A DNA stretch of 64,000 nucleotides from a virus (IMGVR_UViG_3300044878_000082:1-64000); one strand, 5' to 3'; shown: positions 9,293-18,770, counted from the stretch's first letter. Numbers and translations: made by a program. Notes: generated by a model not told the origin, from the sequence alone.

Positions 9293-10819
9293 ATGACCTT
9301 TCCAAATGAACAACAACGTCTGACTGCAAAGCAGATGATCGCTGACCACGACAAGTCGAACTTCTACACCTTCGACCAACGCGTAACATTGCTCTCCCTT
9401 GCTGGCAACTACATGGCCGGCTTGGTGAACAAGTCCGATCCGATGCAAGTCGGCGACCTGCTCTGTGAACTGGATAACCAACGCATCCCGTTCCAATTCG
9501 ATCCGCAGACTTCGGCCAAGCTGATTCGTGACAAACACTTCCCGGCCAACATCAACCCATACCGCCTCAGCAAAGTCGCGGTGGCACTGAAAGCACCGAC
9601 CGTGGACGACAACGTTCGTGATCTGATTCTGCGGATCATGGAAGAAGGTTCGGACGATACCAGTCGCACCGGGATCAACTCCCGTTCTGTGGTGGGCGTT
9701 CAGCACACGTACGACATCTCCAATGGGGAAGTTCCAGCGCTGTCGTCGAAGTTCACCTGGATCAACGGCGTCAAGGTTGAGTTGGTGTGGATGGTTTCCG
9801 GTGACACCAACATCCGCTTCCTCAAGAAGCACAAGGTGGACATCTGGGACTCGTGGGTCAAGAAGGGTACCGAAGAATACCGCGATCTTTCCTTCGCAGC
9901 GCGTCGTGCGCTTGCGGAACAGCAGGGTGTCATCATCGCCGAAGCTCCTCTGAGCGGACACGACGCTGCACATCTCTCCATGGATGCACTGGGTATTCCT
10001 CGTCAGGAACTGGTGGGTGGTGAATTGCCGCGCATCTATCAACATCAGTGGCGTGGTTGGGAAGACACCCGTGTGTTGGAAGACAACCAAGAACTCGAAG
10101 CCTTTAAGGCTCGCGGGTTTGAAGTAGTCGGCAACATCGGTCCGAAGGTGGTGGTGCAGCGTAAGATCGACCAACTGCAAAACGTCATCGACCAGCTTCG
10201 CAACAAACCAGACGATCGGGGTATTATCCTGTCGGCCTGGAATGTGGGTGAGTTGGACGAGATGGCTCTGCGTCCTTGTCACACGCTGTGTCAGTTCTTC
10301 ACGGCTCCAATGACGGTGCGTGAGCGTCTGGAGTGGATGGGTAAGTACAAGCCTGCTGGCTTTGAACACCTGTCGGAAGCTGCGATCAAGTTGGCTGCTC
10401 AACATGACGACCGTCGCCACGCTACTGAAATGAAACACCATCCAGAAACTCTGGCGTTCCTCGATGAAGCGAAAGTCCCTACGCGTAAGTTGTCTTCGCT
10501 GCTCTACATGCGCAGTAACGACATCCCGCTGGGTCACCCGTTCAACATCGTTCAGTACGCAATGCTGACCCACATGATCGCACAAGTGGTCGGTATGGCA
10601 ACTGATACCTTCACTTACGTTGGCGGCAACGCACACGTCTACGAAGATCAGTGGCCTGGTGTGCTGGAGTGGATGGAACAAGAACCTCAGAAAGACTCTC
10701 ATCCAACCATTCGCCTGAACCCTCACATCAAAGACATCTTCGACTTCAAGGTTGAAGACATCGACGTTGTGGGCTACAAGCACGGTGGTCGCGTGAAGTT
10801 CCCTAAGGCTGCTGTATGA
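9293..10819 (+). CDS. thyA: thymidylate synthase with N-terminal extension and inserts
   Basis: SRTG, IWDSW, IDQL, SAWN, MALRPCH, YMRSND..LGHPFN, HVY motifs. Confidence 0.95.
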   Translation: MTFPNEQQRLTAKQMIADHDKSNFYTFDQRVTLLSLAGNYMAGLVNKSDPMQVGDLLCELDNQRIPFQFDPQTSAKLIRDKHFPANINPYRLSKVAVALKAPTVDDNVRDLILRIMEEGSDDTSRTGINSRSVVGVQHTYDISNGEVPALSSKFTWINGVKVELVWMVSGDTNIRFLKKHKVDIWDSWVKKGTEEYRDLSFAARRALAEQQGVIIAEAPLSGHDAAHLSMDALGIPRQELVGGELPRIYQHQWRGWEDTRVLEDNQELEAFKARGFEVVGNIGPKVVVQRKIDQLQNVIDQLRNKPDDRGIILSAWNVGELDEMALRPCHTLCQFFTAPMTVRERLEWMGKYKPAGFEHLSEAAIKLAAQHDDRRHATEMKHHPETLAFLDEAKVPTRKLSSLLYMRSNDIPLGHPFNIVQYAMLTHMIAQVVGMATDTFTYVGGNAHVYEDQWPGVLEWMEQEPQKDSHPTIRLNPHIKDIFDFKVEDIDVVGYKHGGRVKFPKAAV

Positions 10820-11076
10820 AGCCGATGTTGAACCTGACCACAGGTCAGATGTTTGACTTCAGTCCACAACCGCGCCCGTTGGATGTGGCTCCTGCTCATT
10901 ACATCGACTACCACCCTGATGAAACTCGGCGGCAAGTTGATGCGATGTTGCAGGTGATCCAGAAGTCCTCTGGTGAGTTTGATGGCAAGGCGTGGCTCGA
11001 TCGTGTCAAAGCCTTCGCTAAGGACAGTCCCCACGAGGTCCTGTTCACCATTGACTCGTACGCTCCAATCTCGTAA
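10816..11076 (+). CDS. hypothetical protein
   Basis: ATGA overlap with thyA. Confidence 0.65.
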   Translation: MKPMLNLTTGQMFDFSPQPRPLDVAPAHYIDYHPDETRRQVDAMLQVIQKSSGEFDGKAWLDRVKAFAKDSPHEVLFTIDSYAPIS

Positions 11077-11082
11077 GTAATC

Positions 11083-11113
11083 TGGCCAGTCCTTCGGGGC
11101 TGGCCTTTATGCC
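11083..11113 (+). terminator. intrinsic terminator with TATGCC tag
   Basis: GGCCAGTCC-TTCG-GGGCTGGCC-TTTATGCC. Confidence 0.8.
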
Positions 11114-11133
11114 CTTAAGTAAGGATAGAAACA

Positions 11134-11382
11134 ATGCCTCTATTAATGAACGTAATTCTGACTAGCACCGTGACTTTCAGCGGCACTATCGCAACGACCT
11201 CGGTAGCTTTTGAAACCAACGACGAAGCTGGTTGCTCCAAGACTGCCCATGCTGCTCTGGGTCAGGGCGCTACTAAAGAAGGCGTTGAGTGGATGGTTCT
11301 CAAAGAGCGTCGTGGTGGTCAAGGTACTGAACGTAAGACTGTGGTGTGCTTCCCTCGGCAGAGTGGTGAGAAAGATGAATAA
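11134..11382 (+). CDS. hypothetical protein
   Basis: TAAGGA RBS; 82 aa. Confidence 0.55.
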   Translation: MPLLMNVILTSTVTFSGTIATTSVAFETNDEAGCSKTAHAALGQGATKEGVEWMVLKERRGGQGTERKTVVCFPRQSGEKDE

Positions 11383-11506
11383 CATCCCACTGCGTCAAAC
11401 TCTAGCGCGTCGTGAAGAATACCGTAACGAGGTCAAGACCCGCATTTACATCGGCGTGTTTATTGTTACGTGCTTGGCCAATCTAGTGTACCAACTGTTC
11501 AACTAA
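11375..11506 (+). CDS. small membrane protein
   Basis: MNNIPLRQ...; C-terminal hydrophobic helix. Confidence 0.5.
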   Translation: MNNIPLRQTLARREEYRNEVKTRIYIGVFIVTCLANLVYQLFN

Positions 11507-11531
11507 TCTCTCTCCTTAGAAGGAATGTATC

Positions 11532-12083
11532 ATGTCGACTCATCGCGAATTGTGGAACAACGTCAAACTCGTCTTGGAACAACGTCAAGTGGACGACCGC
11601 ACCATCCTGCTGGTCAAGGAGAAGTTCTTCCCCAGCATCTTGGGGTTCCCTATTCCAGCGAGCCGTCAATTCACTGCCACTAGGATAGAGGAGTTTACCC
11701 ACCTCAAGATCCTGAACCGGATGAAGTACTACGAGATGGTCTATCCGGCTAACTTCCCAATCCGTGATGACTACGAGTATCGGGTGGTCAATGGTTTACC
11801 GCGTAATGCTGAAGGTAAGCGTGTGCTGGTGGTCATCGGTGCTCCAGCGGGTCAGGACACCAAGTGCATCAAGGACGAGATCTTCGACCTTGGTTGGGAT
11901 GCGTTTTACGCCAAACACGAGGACTGGGACATTGTTAAGTTGGAGGATCTGGACCTGCGGGTTTTCGATCCTGAGAATCCACCTACTGAACGTGTACTGA
12001 TGTCGGAACGATACGCTGACATCAAGATGTACCGCAAGAGCTATGTATACCTACCTAAAGTTAAGAAGACTAAGGAGTCTTAA
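11532..12083 (+). CDS. hypothetical protein, paralog of 12086-12520
   Basis: AAGGA RBS; shared DD(Y/C)xYR, KxE(I/L)FxxGWD, RKS motifs. Confidence 0.75.
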   Translation: MSTHRELWNNVKLVLEQRQVDDRTILLVKEKFFPSILGFPIPASRQFTATRIEEFTHLKILNRMKYYEMVYPANFPIRDDYEYRVVNGLPRNAEGKRVLVVIGAPAGQDTKCIKDEIFDLGWDAFYAKHEDWDIVKLEDLDLRVFDPENPPTERVLMSERYADIKMYRKSYVYLPKVKKTKES

Positions 12084-12085
12084 TA

Positions 12086-12520
12086 ATGTCTTTTCCTCGC
12101 CCACTGCGCAAACAATACAAAGCCGGTCGCATGTTACCGTGTGTACCGAAGTGGCTCACGCTCAAAACCGGTAGCCTCCACTACTTCGCTGCCCTCAACA
12201 TCGCGGTCGAAGACGATTGCGATTACCGCTACATGGAAGTCAACCCCGGTCAAGAGCTGTTGTTGATCTCGCCGAAAGGTCTGGTAACACTGGACCTTAA
12301 GACTGAACTGTTTAACCACGGTTGGGATCACCTGCTCGAGAACCACCCGTACCTCCAAGTCATCACCAAGGACAACCTCGGGTTGCAGAAACTCGAGATC
12401 GGTGAAGCACTGACTGAACCGGCTTTGGTGTTTGCCCGTAGTATCAAGACCGGCGAGCTGCGCAAGTCTGGTATCGTTTATCCACGAGTGACAGTAATGG
12501 GGCAACGTGATGAAGCGTAA
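12086..12520 (+). CDS. hypothetical protein, paralog of 11532-12083
   Basis: AAGGAG RBS; shared motifs. Confidence 0.75.
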   Translation: MSFPRPLRKQYKAGRMLPCVPKWLTLKTGSLHYFAALNIAVEDDCDYRYMEVNPGQELLLISPKGLVTLDLKTELFNHGWDHLLENHPYLQVITKDNLGLQKLEIGEALTEPALVFARSIKTGELRKSGIVYPRVTVMGQRDEA

Positions 12521-12638
12521 AACTATCGTAAAGGAAAAGGACCAACGAGAACTGTTGGTGATTCCTTTCGGCGTGGCAGTGTCCCTGTTTAAGTACCACA
12601 TCCTGAGTGCTCAGTTGAAGGCCAAGAAAAATGCGTAA
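12510..12638 (+). CDS. small hypothetical protein (42 aa)
   Basis: MKRKTIVKEK...KKNA fills the gap, overlapping both neighbours. Confidence 0.45.
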   Translation: MKRKTIVKEKDQRELLVIPFGVAVSLFKYHILSAQLKAKKNA

Positions 12639-13008
12639 GACTAAACACTACTTCGGACAACGCCGTGGGAAACACAACTACGGTCTGGTGCTGAACCGTC
12701 GGGGTCTGTGGGCCGTACCACGTTTCCTACGTGAAGGTTTCACACTGGCGTTCCTTAAAGAGAACGTTCAACCTCTGGAAACAGGCGACCCTCACGAGTC
12801 TGCTGACTTGTGGTTGTGTGGTAAACCGTTGACTGCGGCGGGTGTTGCCTTCCTGGAGGTGATCCAAGCGGCACCAGCGGAACCTGACCCTAATCCTCCA
12901 GTCGTCCCGTTTGTACGTTACTCCGACTACGACCTCCCTCGTAGCCCTGAAATGGAAGCCGTCTATCAGGAAGTTGTAGACGGTATTGAAAAGACAATGG
13001 AGCGCTAA
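12631..13008 (+). CDS. hypothetical protein
   Basis: 125-aa ORF in operon. Confidence 0.65.
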   Translation: MRKTKHYFGQRRGKHNYGLVLNRRGLWAVPRFLREGFTLAFLKENVQPLETGDPHESADLWLCGKPLTAAGVAFLEVIQAAPAEPDPNPPVVPFVRYSDYDLPRSPEMEAVYQEVVDGIEKTMER

Positions 13009-13010
13009 TC

Positions 13011-13532
13011 ATGGCTGTAATGGAAGTTGAACCGATTCAAAAAGAAGAGCTGCGTAAGGCGGTGATGATCCAACACCCTCTCACGCTGCGTCAGTTGACC
13101 AACCGTTTCGAATACGTGGTGACGTACCGTGTGTCCAAGGGTCGCTTCCGTGAACTGTTCCGTAGCTTCTTTGAAGAGTTCGGTAACAAGCCTGGTCTGA
13201 TTGCTGGTAACTGGCACACGGATCACGATGGCCCTTCCCGAGCTTTGGCTTGGTGTGGGGAAAACGGTGAGCGGACTATGATGGTCTGCGACGGTTCTTC
13301 TGAGAACGACAACTCGGTGATCTACTTGGGATTCACCAACTTCGACAAGATCCCTGAGCTGGCGTGCAAGTACTGGCGTCCGATCCAGATGAAGTCTGAC
13401 CGCAATGGCAACCCATGGGGCGTCCTGCTGGAAGACCTGGTGCGAGTTGAGACTGTGACTCCACCAGAAGAAGCTTTGGCAATGCCTGAGCTGAACCTTT
13501 GGTCACGCTTCCTTAAGTGGCTGCGTAGTTAA
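13011..13532 (+). CDS. hypothetical protein
   Basis: GGAG RBS; 173 aa. Confidence 0.7.
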   Translation: MAVMEVEPIQKEELRKAVMIQHPLTLRQLTNRFEYVVTYRVSKGRFRELFRSFFEEFGNKPGLIAGNWHTDHDGPSRALAWCGENGERTMMVCDGSSENDNSVIYLGFTNFDKIPELACKYWRPIQMKSDRNGNPWGVLLEDLVRVETVTPPEEALAMPELNLWSRFLKWLRS

Positions 13533-13561
13533 CCCCCTCTAATCTACAAGGTGTCTGCACC

Positions 13562-14260
13562 ATGAACTTCGAAAGTACTAGTATCATTCTGTTCCTGAAC
13601 CGTCTGACCCAACTGGGTTTGGCTGAACTGTGGCCCTACGTGTCTGAGAACAATCCTTCCAAGGATGCTCCGTATCACAACACCAGCCACATGCTCTACA
13701 TGGCTTGGCTGGCCGACGAATTCTTCCAAGCTCACTCCAGCGAAGAGCAGTTTGCGAGCAACGAGCGGGAGATGATCGCCGCCGCACTGTTCCACGACTT
13801 CGATCACAGTGGTGGTCACGAACCTGACTCGGTCAACATTGATCGTGCGGTAGCTGCTTGGTACATCGCGTACGAGAAACTCCAACCGAAGCTGGTGAAC
13901 TCCAAGTTGGTAGAGTGCCTCATCCGCACCACCCAGTACCCTTACGTCGGTGAGACTAAAACCCTCGCCGGTAAGTGCCTGCGTGATGCCGACCTACTGT
14001 ACACCACCGTGATGGGTAATCCCTACATTGTGTTGCGTGGCCTCAAAGCTGAGATGGAAATCCAGTTGAAGAAAGAGATCACCAAAGAAGAAATGACCGA
14101 GGGTTACAAAGAGTTCATTCGTAAGGCAGACCTGAACACCGACATCGCCAAGATCGTTCGGCTTCAGTGCTTCCCTCCGTTTACTCTGAGCTTGGCTATG
14201 CAGTGTACGGGAGTCAAACCGATCTCTCCGGCGTTTGCTGCCGAGTGGTTGAAAGGCTGA
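13562..14260 (+). CDS. HD-domain metal-dependent phosphohydrolase (class I PDE-like motifs)
   Basis: PYHNTSH, AALFHDFDHSG, LRDADL. Confidence 0.85.
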   Translation: MNFESTSIILFLNRLTQLGLAELWPYVSENNPSKDAPYHNTSHMLYMAWLADEFFQAHSSEEQFASNEREMIAAALFHDFDHSGGHEPDSVNIDRAVAAWYIAYEKLQPKLVNSKLVECLIRTTQYPYVGETKTLAGKCLRDADLLYTTVMGNPYIVLRGLKAEMEIQLKKEITKEEMTEGYKEFIRKADLNTDIAKIVRLQCFPPFTLSLAMQCTGVKPISPAFAAEWLKG

Positions 14261-14300
14261 CGGCATAAAGAAAGAAAAGGGTTCACGCCCTTTTCTTTTT
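14261..14300 (+). terminator. terminator with GGCATA tag
   Basis: CGGCATAAAG-AAAGAAAAGGG-TTCACG-CCCTTTTCTTTTT. Confidence 0.75.
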
Positions 14301-14316
14301 GTTTGCTTGAAATTAG

Positions 14317-14343
14317 TTTCAAACCTATATTACCTAAGTGCAC
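14317..14343 (+). promoter_or_regulatory. phage early-type promoter (TATATTAC)
   Basis: TTTCAAACCTATATTACCTAAGTGCAC. Confidence 0.75.
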
Positions 14344-14363
14344 TCTAGCCTTAAGGAATCGTC

Positions 14364-14570
14364 GTGGCAAAGCAGAAACGCATTGAAGACATGACACCCG
14401 AAGAGAAACTGGAATGGCTTGATCAGTATCTGGCTGATATGCCCAAGCGCCAAGCCGAGAGAGACAGGTTCGTGAACTGGGCGGTAATCTCCATGAGTGT
14501 GGCGTTGATAGCAATTCCTGCTCTTCCTTTAATTGCAGTACTAATCGAAAAGATAACTAAGGGGTTATAG
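14364..14570 (+). CDS. small membrane protein
   Basis: AAGGA RBS, GTG start, C-terminal TM helix. Confidence 0.65.
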   Translation: MAKQKRIEDMTPEEKLEWLDQYLADMPKRQAERDRFVNWAVISMSVALIAIPALPLIAVLIEKITKGL

Positions 14571-14574
14571 AAGG

Positions 14575-14865
14575 ATGTCTAACAAGATCTTCCCTGGGGC
14601 TAAACTGTTTCAGCTCAAAGCCACCCACGGGATGCCTCTGGAGAATGCTCTGGACATCCTGATCAACCAGCACTCTCTGAAGATTGACTGGGTTGGCTTT
14701 GTTGACGAAGCCCGTAAGAACGAGTGGTGGGATTTCCAAACCCTCGAGGCTGTGGAGAACGCTTTGATCGAATCCACGGTCAACCGCGACATCGTAGTAA
14801 ACACCGTCATCGGCCTCAAGCGCTACATGCTACAACAACCTCATCCTGCTATGGAGCAAAAGTAA
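14575..14865 (+). CDS. stand-alone protein resembling an alanyl-tRNA synthetase helical segment
   Basis: GAKLFQLKATHGMPLE...LKIDWVGF resembles AlaRS GxxAFxLYDTYGFPxD...VDxxGF. Confidence 0.6.
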   Translation: MSNKIFPGAKLFQLKATHGMPLENALDILINQHSLKIDWVGFVDEARKNEWWDFQTLEAVENALIESTVNRDIVVNTVIGLKRYMLQQPHPAMEQK

Positions 14866-15440
14866 TGACGAAGCAAACTTCCGTATTGTCCAAGATGATC
14901 ACCGCGATTCAGAAAGAAGCCGGTCCCGGTGCCCTGACTCCGGATCAGTTCATTCTGACGGCCATCAATCACTGGGGTCGATACGACGTGTTCTTCCGCG
15001 CCTTCGACCCAGTGGTGTTGCCGTCCCTCACTTCCGGTGACCGGTCTTCCGAGTTCGTCATCTTCAAGCAAGAAGGTACCGACCACTACTTCGGCATTCC
15101 GATCTCTGGTACGATCTTGCTGGAACGTCTCGGGATCTACGGCAAGCCCAACTTCGCCGGTTATGGTACGGACATTGCTGCGATCGTGATGCTACGGTTA
15201 CACGCACAGGGTTTCGAGTTCTTCGGGATCATGGCTGCACCGATTGCTCGTATGGAAAACGGTGGCCCGGCGGCAGATCCAAAACGCTACACCATCAAAG
15301 AAGCTCGACTGGGCGACATCCTCAAAACCCCGGCCTACATCGGTTACAAAATGACCGACGAGTTCAAGGGTGCCACGTTGCTGATCCCAGAAAGCCTACT
15401 GGTGCCTAAAGCGTTCCAAGGAGAAGCAGAGAATGTTTGA
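14865..15440 (+). CDS. hypothetical protein
   Basis: TAATG coupling; start re-assigned from 14724. Confidence 0.7.
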   Translation: MTKQTSVLSKMITAIQKEAGPGALTPDQFILTAINHWGRYDVFFRAFDPVVLPSLTSGDRSSEFVIFKQEGTDHYFGIPISGTILLERLGIYGKPNFAGYGTDIAAIVMLRLHAQGFEFFGIMAAPIARMENGGPAADPKRYTIKEARLGDILKTPAYIGYKMTDEFKGATLLIPESLLVPKAFQGEAENV

Positions 15441-15975
15441 TTCCGCCCTCCTACCTGGTCCTCGTCCTGATGCCAACTGGGTTCTGATTGATGACCTGGC
15501 TTCTCTGGAACCGTACGTTGAGATCTTCAACCTCGGTAAGCTGGTGCCACTGACTGACAAGTTTGTACCGTTTACCGAAGAAGAGAAGGCAACCCGTGGG
15601 ATGCTCAGTCTGATCGCCCAGCGTCAAGAAGAAGTCATGACGTTGCCGCGTAACAACAAAGAGCAAACCACGTACTACACGGTACTGGACGAAAAAGCTT
15701 GGGCGACTATGAAGCACGAGTTGACCAAGCCCAAACGAACCCCACACCCTAATCCACGGCGCAATTGGTCCAACAGTGTTCAAGAGCGAGTGGAATGGTT
15801 CGATACCTTCCTGCGTGAAAACCAACTCCCCACAGCCTTCACTTTCGTGATGACCAACTCGGCCATCATCGGTGATAACGTATTCTGGCCACTGCGGGTT
15901 TCGCACAACGGTAAGTGGGCAGAACTCATCGCTGAAAATGTTCCACCGACTCACCAGTTCAAACGTCGTACCTAA
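15433..15975 (+). CDS. hypothetical protein
   Basis: AGGAG RBS; 180 aa. Confidence 0.7.
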   Translation: MFDSALLPGPRPDANWVLIDDLASLEPYVEIFNLGKLVPLTDKFVPFTEEEKATRGMLSLIAQRQEEVMTLPRNNKEQTTYYTVLDEKAWATMKHELTKPKRTPHPNPRRNWSNSVQERVEWFDTFLRENQLPTAFTFVMTNSAIIGDNVFWPLRVSHNGKWAELIAENVPPTHQFKRRT

Positions 15976-16008
15976 TCGCAACCCCAACCTTAAGTAAGGA
16001 AAACACTC

Positions 16009-16548
16009 ATGAACGACTTGACCCTCGCAACCGTAACTGAAACCGAAATCCCAATGGTTGGTGCAGACACACCAGACGCTGGTTCTTTGGCTCGTGAGAA
16101 GCTCCAGACCAAACAAAGTCTGCTCCGGCGGATGTGGTTCTGGACGAAAGTACAGATCGCTGTGGTAGTACTCGTAGCTGCCGCAGTACTGGGCTACTTT
16201 GTTAACGACGCTTACAAAAACCGTGTGACGCAAGTCGTGACCGACATGCGACCGTGTGTGGTAGATGTAGGTGGGGAAAAAGTTACAGGCGTTCGTGAGT
16301 ACCAGTACAACTACTTTGACATCTTCGGCATCCGTATCATTGATACCGCCAAGATCGAAGTGTCCACCACAATCGAGTACAAAGGTAATGACGCCGTTGT
16401 GTTCGGGATCGGTGGTTCTGAAGGTTGGTGGTCGATGAAGACCTCGGAAGGTGAGTACGGTAAAATGAAAACCAAGCCAGCACAGACTTACGCGTTCTAC
16501 GTGAAAGGTCGTACTGCCGTTATCGACAGCAACAAGTTCTGTAAGTGA
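16009..16548 (+). CDS. single-pass membrane protein
   Basis: TAAGGA RBS; TM segment IAVVVLVAAAVLGYFV. Confidence 0.75.
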   Translation: MNDLTLATVTETEIPMVGADTPDAGSLAREKLQTKQSLLRRMWFWTKVQIAVVVLVAAAVLGYFVNDAYKNRVTQVVTDMRPCVVDVGGEKVTGVREYQYNYFDIFGIRIIDTAKIEVSTTIEYKGNDAVVFGIGGSEGWWSMKTSEGEYGKMKTKPAQTYAFYVKGRTAVIDSNKFCK

Positions 16549-16555
16549 GGCAATC

Positions 16556-17167
16556 ATGAAACTGTTCATGGCGTTGAACATGCACTACCCTCTCCCTGAG
16601 CTGTTCGCTCGGGAAGAGATCACGTTGAACCTCTGGCGTGATGCGAAGTCTGTGAACCCGGATCTGGATCAGAACGTGGTGGAAATGACCATCGACGTTC
16701 CTGACTCGGAAATCATCAACCAGAAGGATTACATTGATCCGAAGGAGATGGCTCCCGGCCTGTACGACAAGGGTTACACTTGGACGTACAAAGGTGACCC
16801 GATCAAGATCACCAACACCAAGGTGGTCAAGAAGGCTCGGTTGCCGATTGTCGAGGACATCCCTCGCGTCAGCATCGTGGCGGTACTGGATCGTGAGGTG
16901 TTACTCTCCACACACTGGTATCACCACCCAGACGTACTGGCCGTGATCGAACGCTACAAACCCAAGTGGGGTGCCAAGGGTTACGTGTTCGGTAAGATCG
17001 GGAATGACAAGATCCGTCTGGATTACGTGCCCCTGACCATCAACCCAACGGCTGCGGCTACACTGATCACGTCCTTGATGTCGTTCGTCGAGGGTGTGGT
17101 CTCCGAGCAGCTACCACTGGTACTCAATGACCACGGTTCCCACCAAGAGCTGATGGACATCCTGTAG
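16556..17167 (+). CDS. hypothetical protein, paralog of 17175-17786
   Basis: GAGG RBS; shared IP(R/K), YxPKW, YVxG, Y(V/I)P motifs. Confidence 0.75.
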   Translation: MKLFMALNMHYPLPELFAREEITLNLWRDAKSVNPDLDQNVVEMTIDVPDSEIINQKDYIDPKEMAPGLYDKGYTWTYKGDPIKITNTKVVKKARLPIVEDIPRVSIVAVLDREVLLSTHWYHHPDVLAVIERYKPKWGAKGYVFGKIGNDKIRLDYVPLTINPTAAATLITSLMSFVEGVVSEQLPLVLNDHGSHQELMDIL

Positions 17168-17174
17168 GGGGTGT

Positions 17175-17786
17175 GTGATGTTGACGCTATTCGGATCATT
17201 GAACATGGTCACGGATCTTGACGATCCCGAATGGATTCATCGGATCGCACAACTGACCCTCTACAGGTTCCACAACGAGGTTAAGCCAGCAATCAACTAC
17301 GCGATCTACAAGTTTGAGTTTGATGTAGATGACGAGAAGGTAAGTCTGTGGCAAGAGAACAATCCTTACGGAAGAAACTTCGGGCAATTCCGCGAGGGTG
17401 TTTACTTCTACAGACCTGCCAAAGATTATGATGGTGAAGTCCCGACGTTGTTATCAGTCGAACGGGTGACGAGGGCCGAGTTGATTACGGACCACACGAT
17501 CCCCAAGATTGACGTTCTGATCCCTGTGGATGACCCCGCGTTGTTCGGTCGTACAGACTGGTGGGGTGAAATGGTGGTGGAAGAACTGGCTCGCACTTAC
17601 GCCCCCAAGTGGATCTGTGAGCATTACGTAACGGGACGGGTGCGTAACCTCATCAAGGTGTCGTACATCCCGGTGGTCATCAAGACAGAGAAGCTTGAGG
17701 CACTACACCAAGCACGAAATCTGATTGAAGAACTCGTGGAAGCGATCAACTGCAATTACCAAGGGTTGAAGCGCAATCTGTTTTAG
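17175..17786 (+). CDS. hypothetical protein, paralog of 16556-17167
   Basis: Same length (203 aa); shared motifs. Confidence 0.75.
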   Translation: MMLTLFGSLNMVTDLDDPEWIHRIAQLTLYRFHNEVKPAINYAIYKFEFDVDDEKVSLWQENNPYGRNFGQFREGVYFYRPAKDYDGEVPTLLSVERVTRAELITDHTIPKIDVLIPVDDPALFGRTDWWGEMVVEELARTYAPKWICEHYVTGRVRNLIKVSYIPVVIKTEKLEALHQARNLIEELVEAINCNYQGLKRNLF

Positions 17787-17796
17787 ACTTTGGACA

Positions 17797-17850
17797 CCCC
17801 GGCGAGTTCTCCCTTCCCCTTCCTCGCCGGGGGTTCTTTTTTTTTTCTTT
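17797..17850 (+). terminator. intrinsic terminator
   Basis: ACCCCGGCGAG...CTCGCCGGGGG then T run. Confidence 0.75.
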
Positions 17851-17861
17851 AAGGACGACGT

Positions 17862-18704
17862 ATGCTTCAAGCAATGGTTAACACTTTGTATGAGTTCTGG
17901 CAGTTCGTATTCCCGAGTCGACTCGAACAGACACTCCGTAAGATCGAAGTCTTGCTGGAAGACCGTCCCTTTGTTAAGGTTCACGGGGCTACATTCGAAG
18001 AAGACATCGAGGGTACCTTCTTCCTCGTGGTTTGTGTGGATCGGAAACTCGGTCGCCTACACTACTTCAACCCGTACTCCCACGCCAACCTGTCGATTGA
18101 CTGGAATGACTTCAGCAGCCTTACGGTTGACCCCGTTCAGAATTTCGGCCTGAAGACCAACCCTGAACTCAATCGGTTGATCTGGAAGACCTACAAGGAT
18201 GACTCCCCGTACAAACGTGGTGAGCGTCGTCGTCGGCTGGGTTACGATTGGAAAGGTAATCCGATCTACATCGAACGCGGACTCCACGTCTACAAAGGTA
18301 CTGACGAAAACCACGTCCGTTGGGGTAGCGTCGCTTGTTTCGAAGTAGCGGCCCTGAGTGTGGATCGTGGTGGTGAGTACTACGAGGCATTTCCTTATTA
18401 CGCAGGCTACGGCACCTACGGGATAACGATTGACATCGGTGAGTGGGAACCCGACCCACGTTTTATCGACTACGAACAACAGAACCGTAACGCGCTGCGT
18501 GCTGAGTACGACGCCTACATGGCCAGTCCACCGTTTGAAGAAGGACAGATGATCGAGTCTCCACACTTCGGTTATCTGATCTTCATTGGCTACACAGACT
18601 CTACCCGTTCCGCCATGCGTGTGTATCCGGGGAATGTCATTGAAGGGATCACCACCCTGATGACCTTCAAGGTGTCTGACCGCCAACCTTTGATTGAAAC
18701 ATAA
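17862..18704 (+). CDS. hypothetical protein
   Basis: TAAGGA RBS; 280 aa. Confidence 0.75.
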   Translation: MLQAMVNTLYEFWQFVFPSRLEQTLRKIEVLLEDRPFVKVHGATFEEDIEGTFFLVVCVDRKLGRLHYFNPYSHANLSIDWNDFSSLTVDPVQNFGLKTNPELNRLIWKTYKDDSPYKRGERRRRLGYDWKGNPIYIERGLHVYKGTDENHVRWGSVACFEVAALSVDRGGEYYEAFPYYAGYGTYGITIDIGEWEPDPRFIDYEQQNRNALRAEYDAYMASPPFEEGQMIESPHFGYLIFIGYTDSTRSAMRVYPGNVIEGITTLMTFKVSDRQPLIET

Positions 18705-18730
18705 CTCAGGTATATATTACCTAGGTGCAA
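18705..18730 (+). promoter_or_regulatory. phage early-type promoter (TATATTAC)
   Basis: CTCAGGTATATATTACCTAGGTGCAA. Confidence 0.75.
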
Positions 18731-18770
18731 TAACCAAACCAAAACCAACCTTGTACAAGGAAAGCTGTTC

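Noticed and set aside
8828-10783. 651-aa antisense ORF over thyA
   Set aside because: Antisense shadow of a clear gene
9293-10819. dCMP hydroxymethylase (modified-base pathway)
   Set aside because: The Asn in PFN and the adjacent motifs fit a dUMP-specific ThyA; a DHFR is also present
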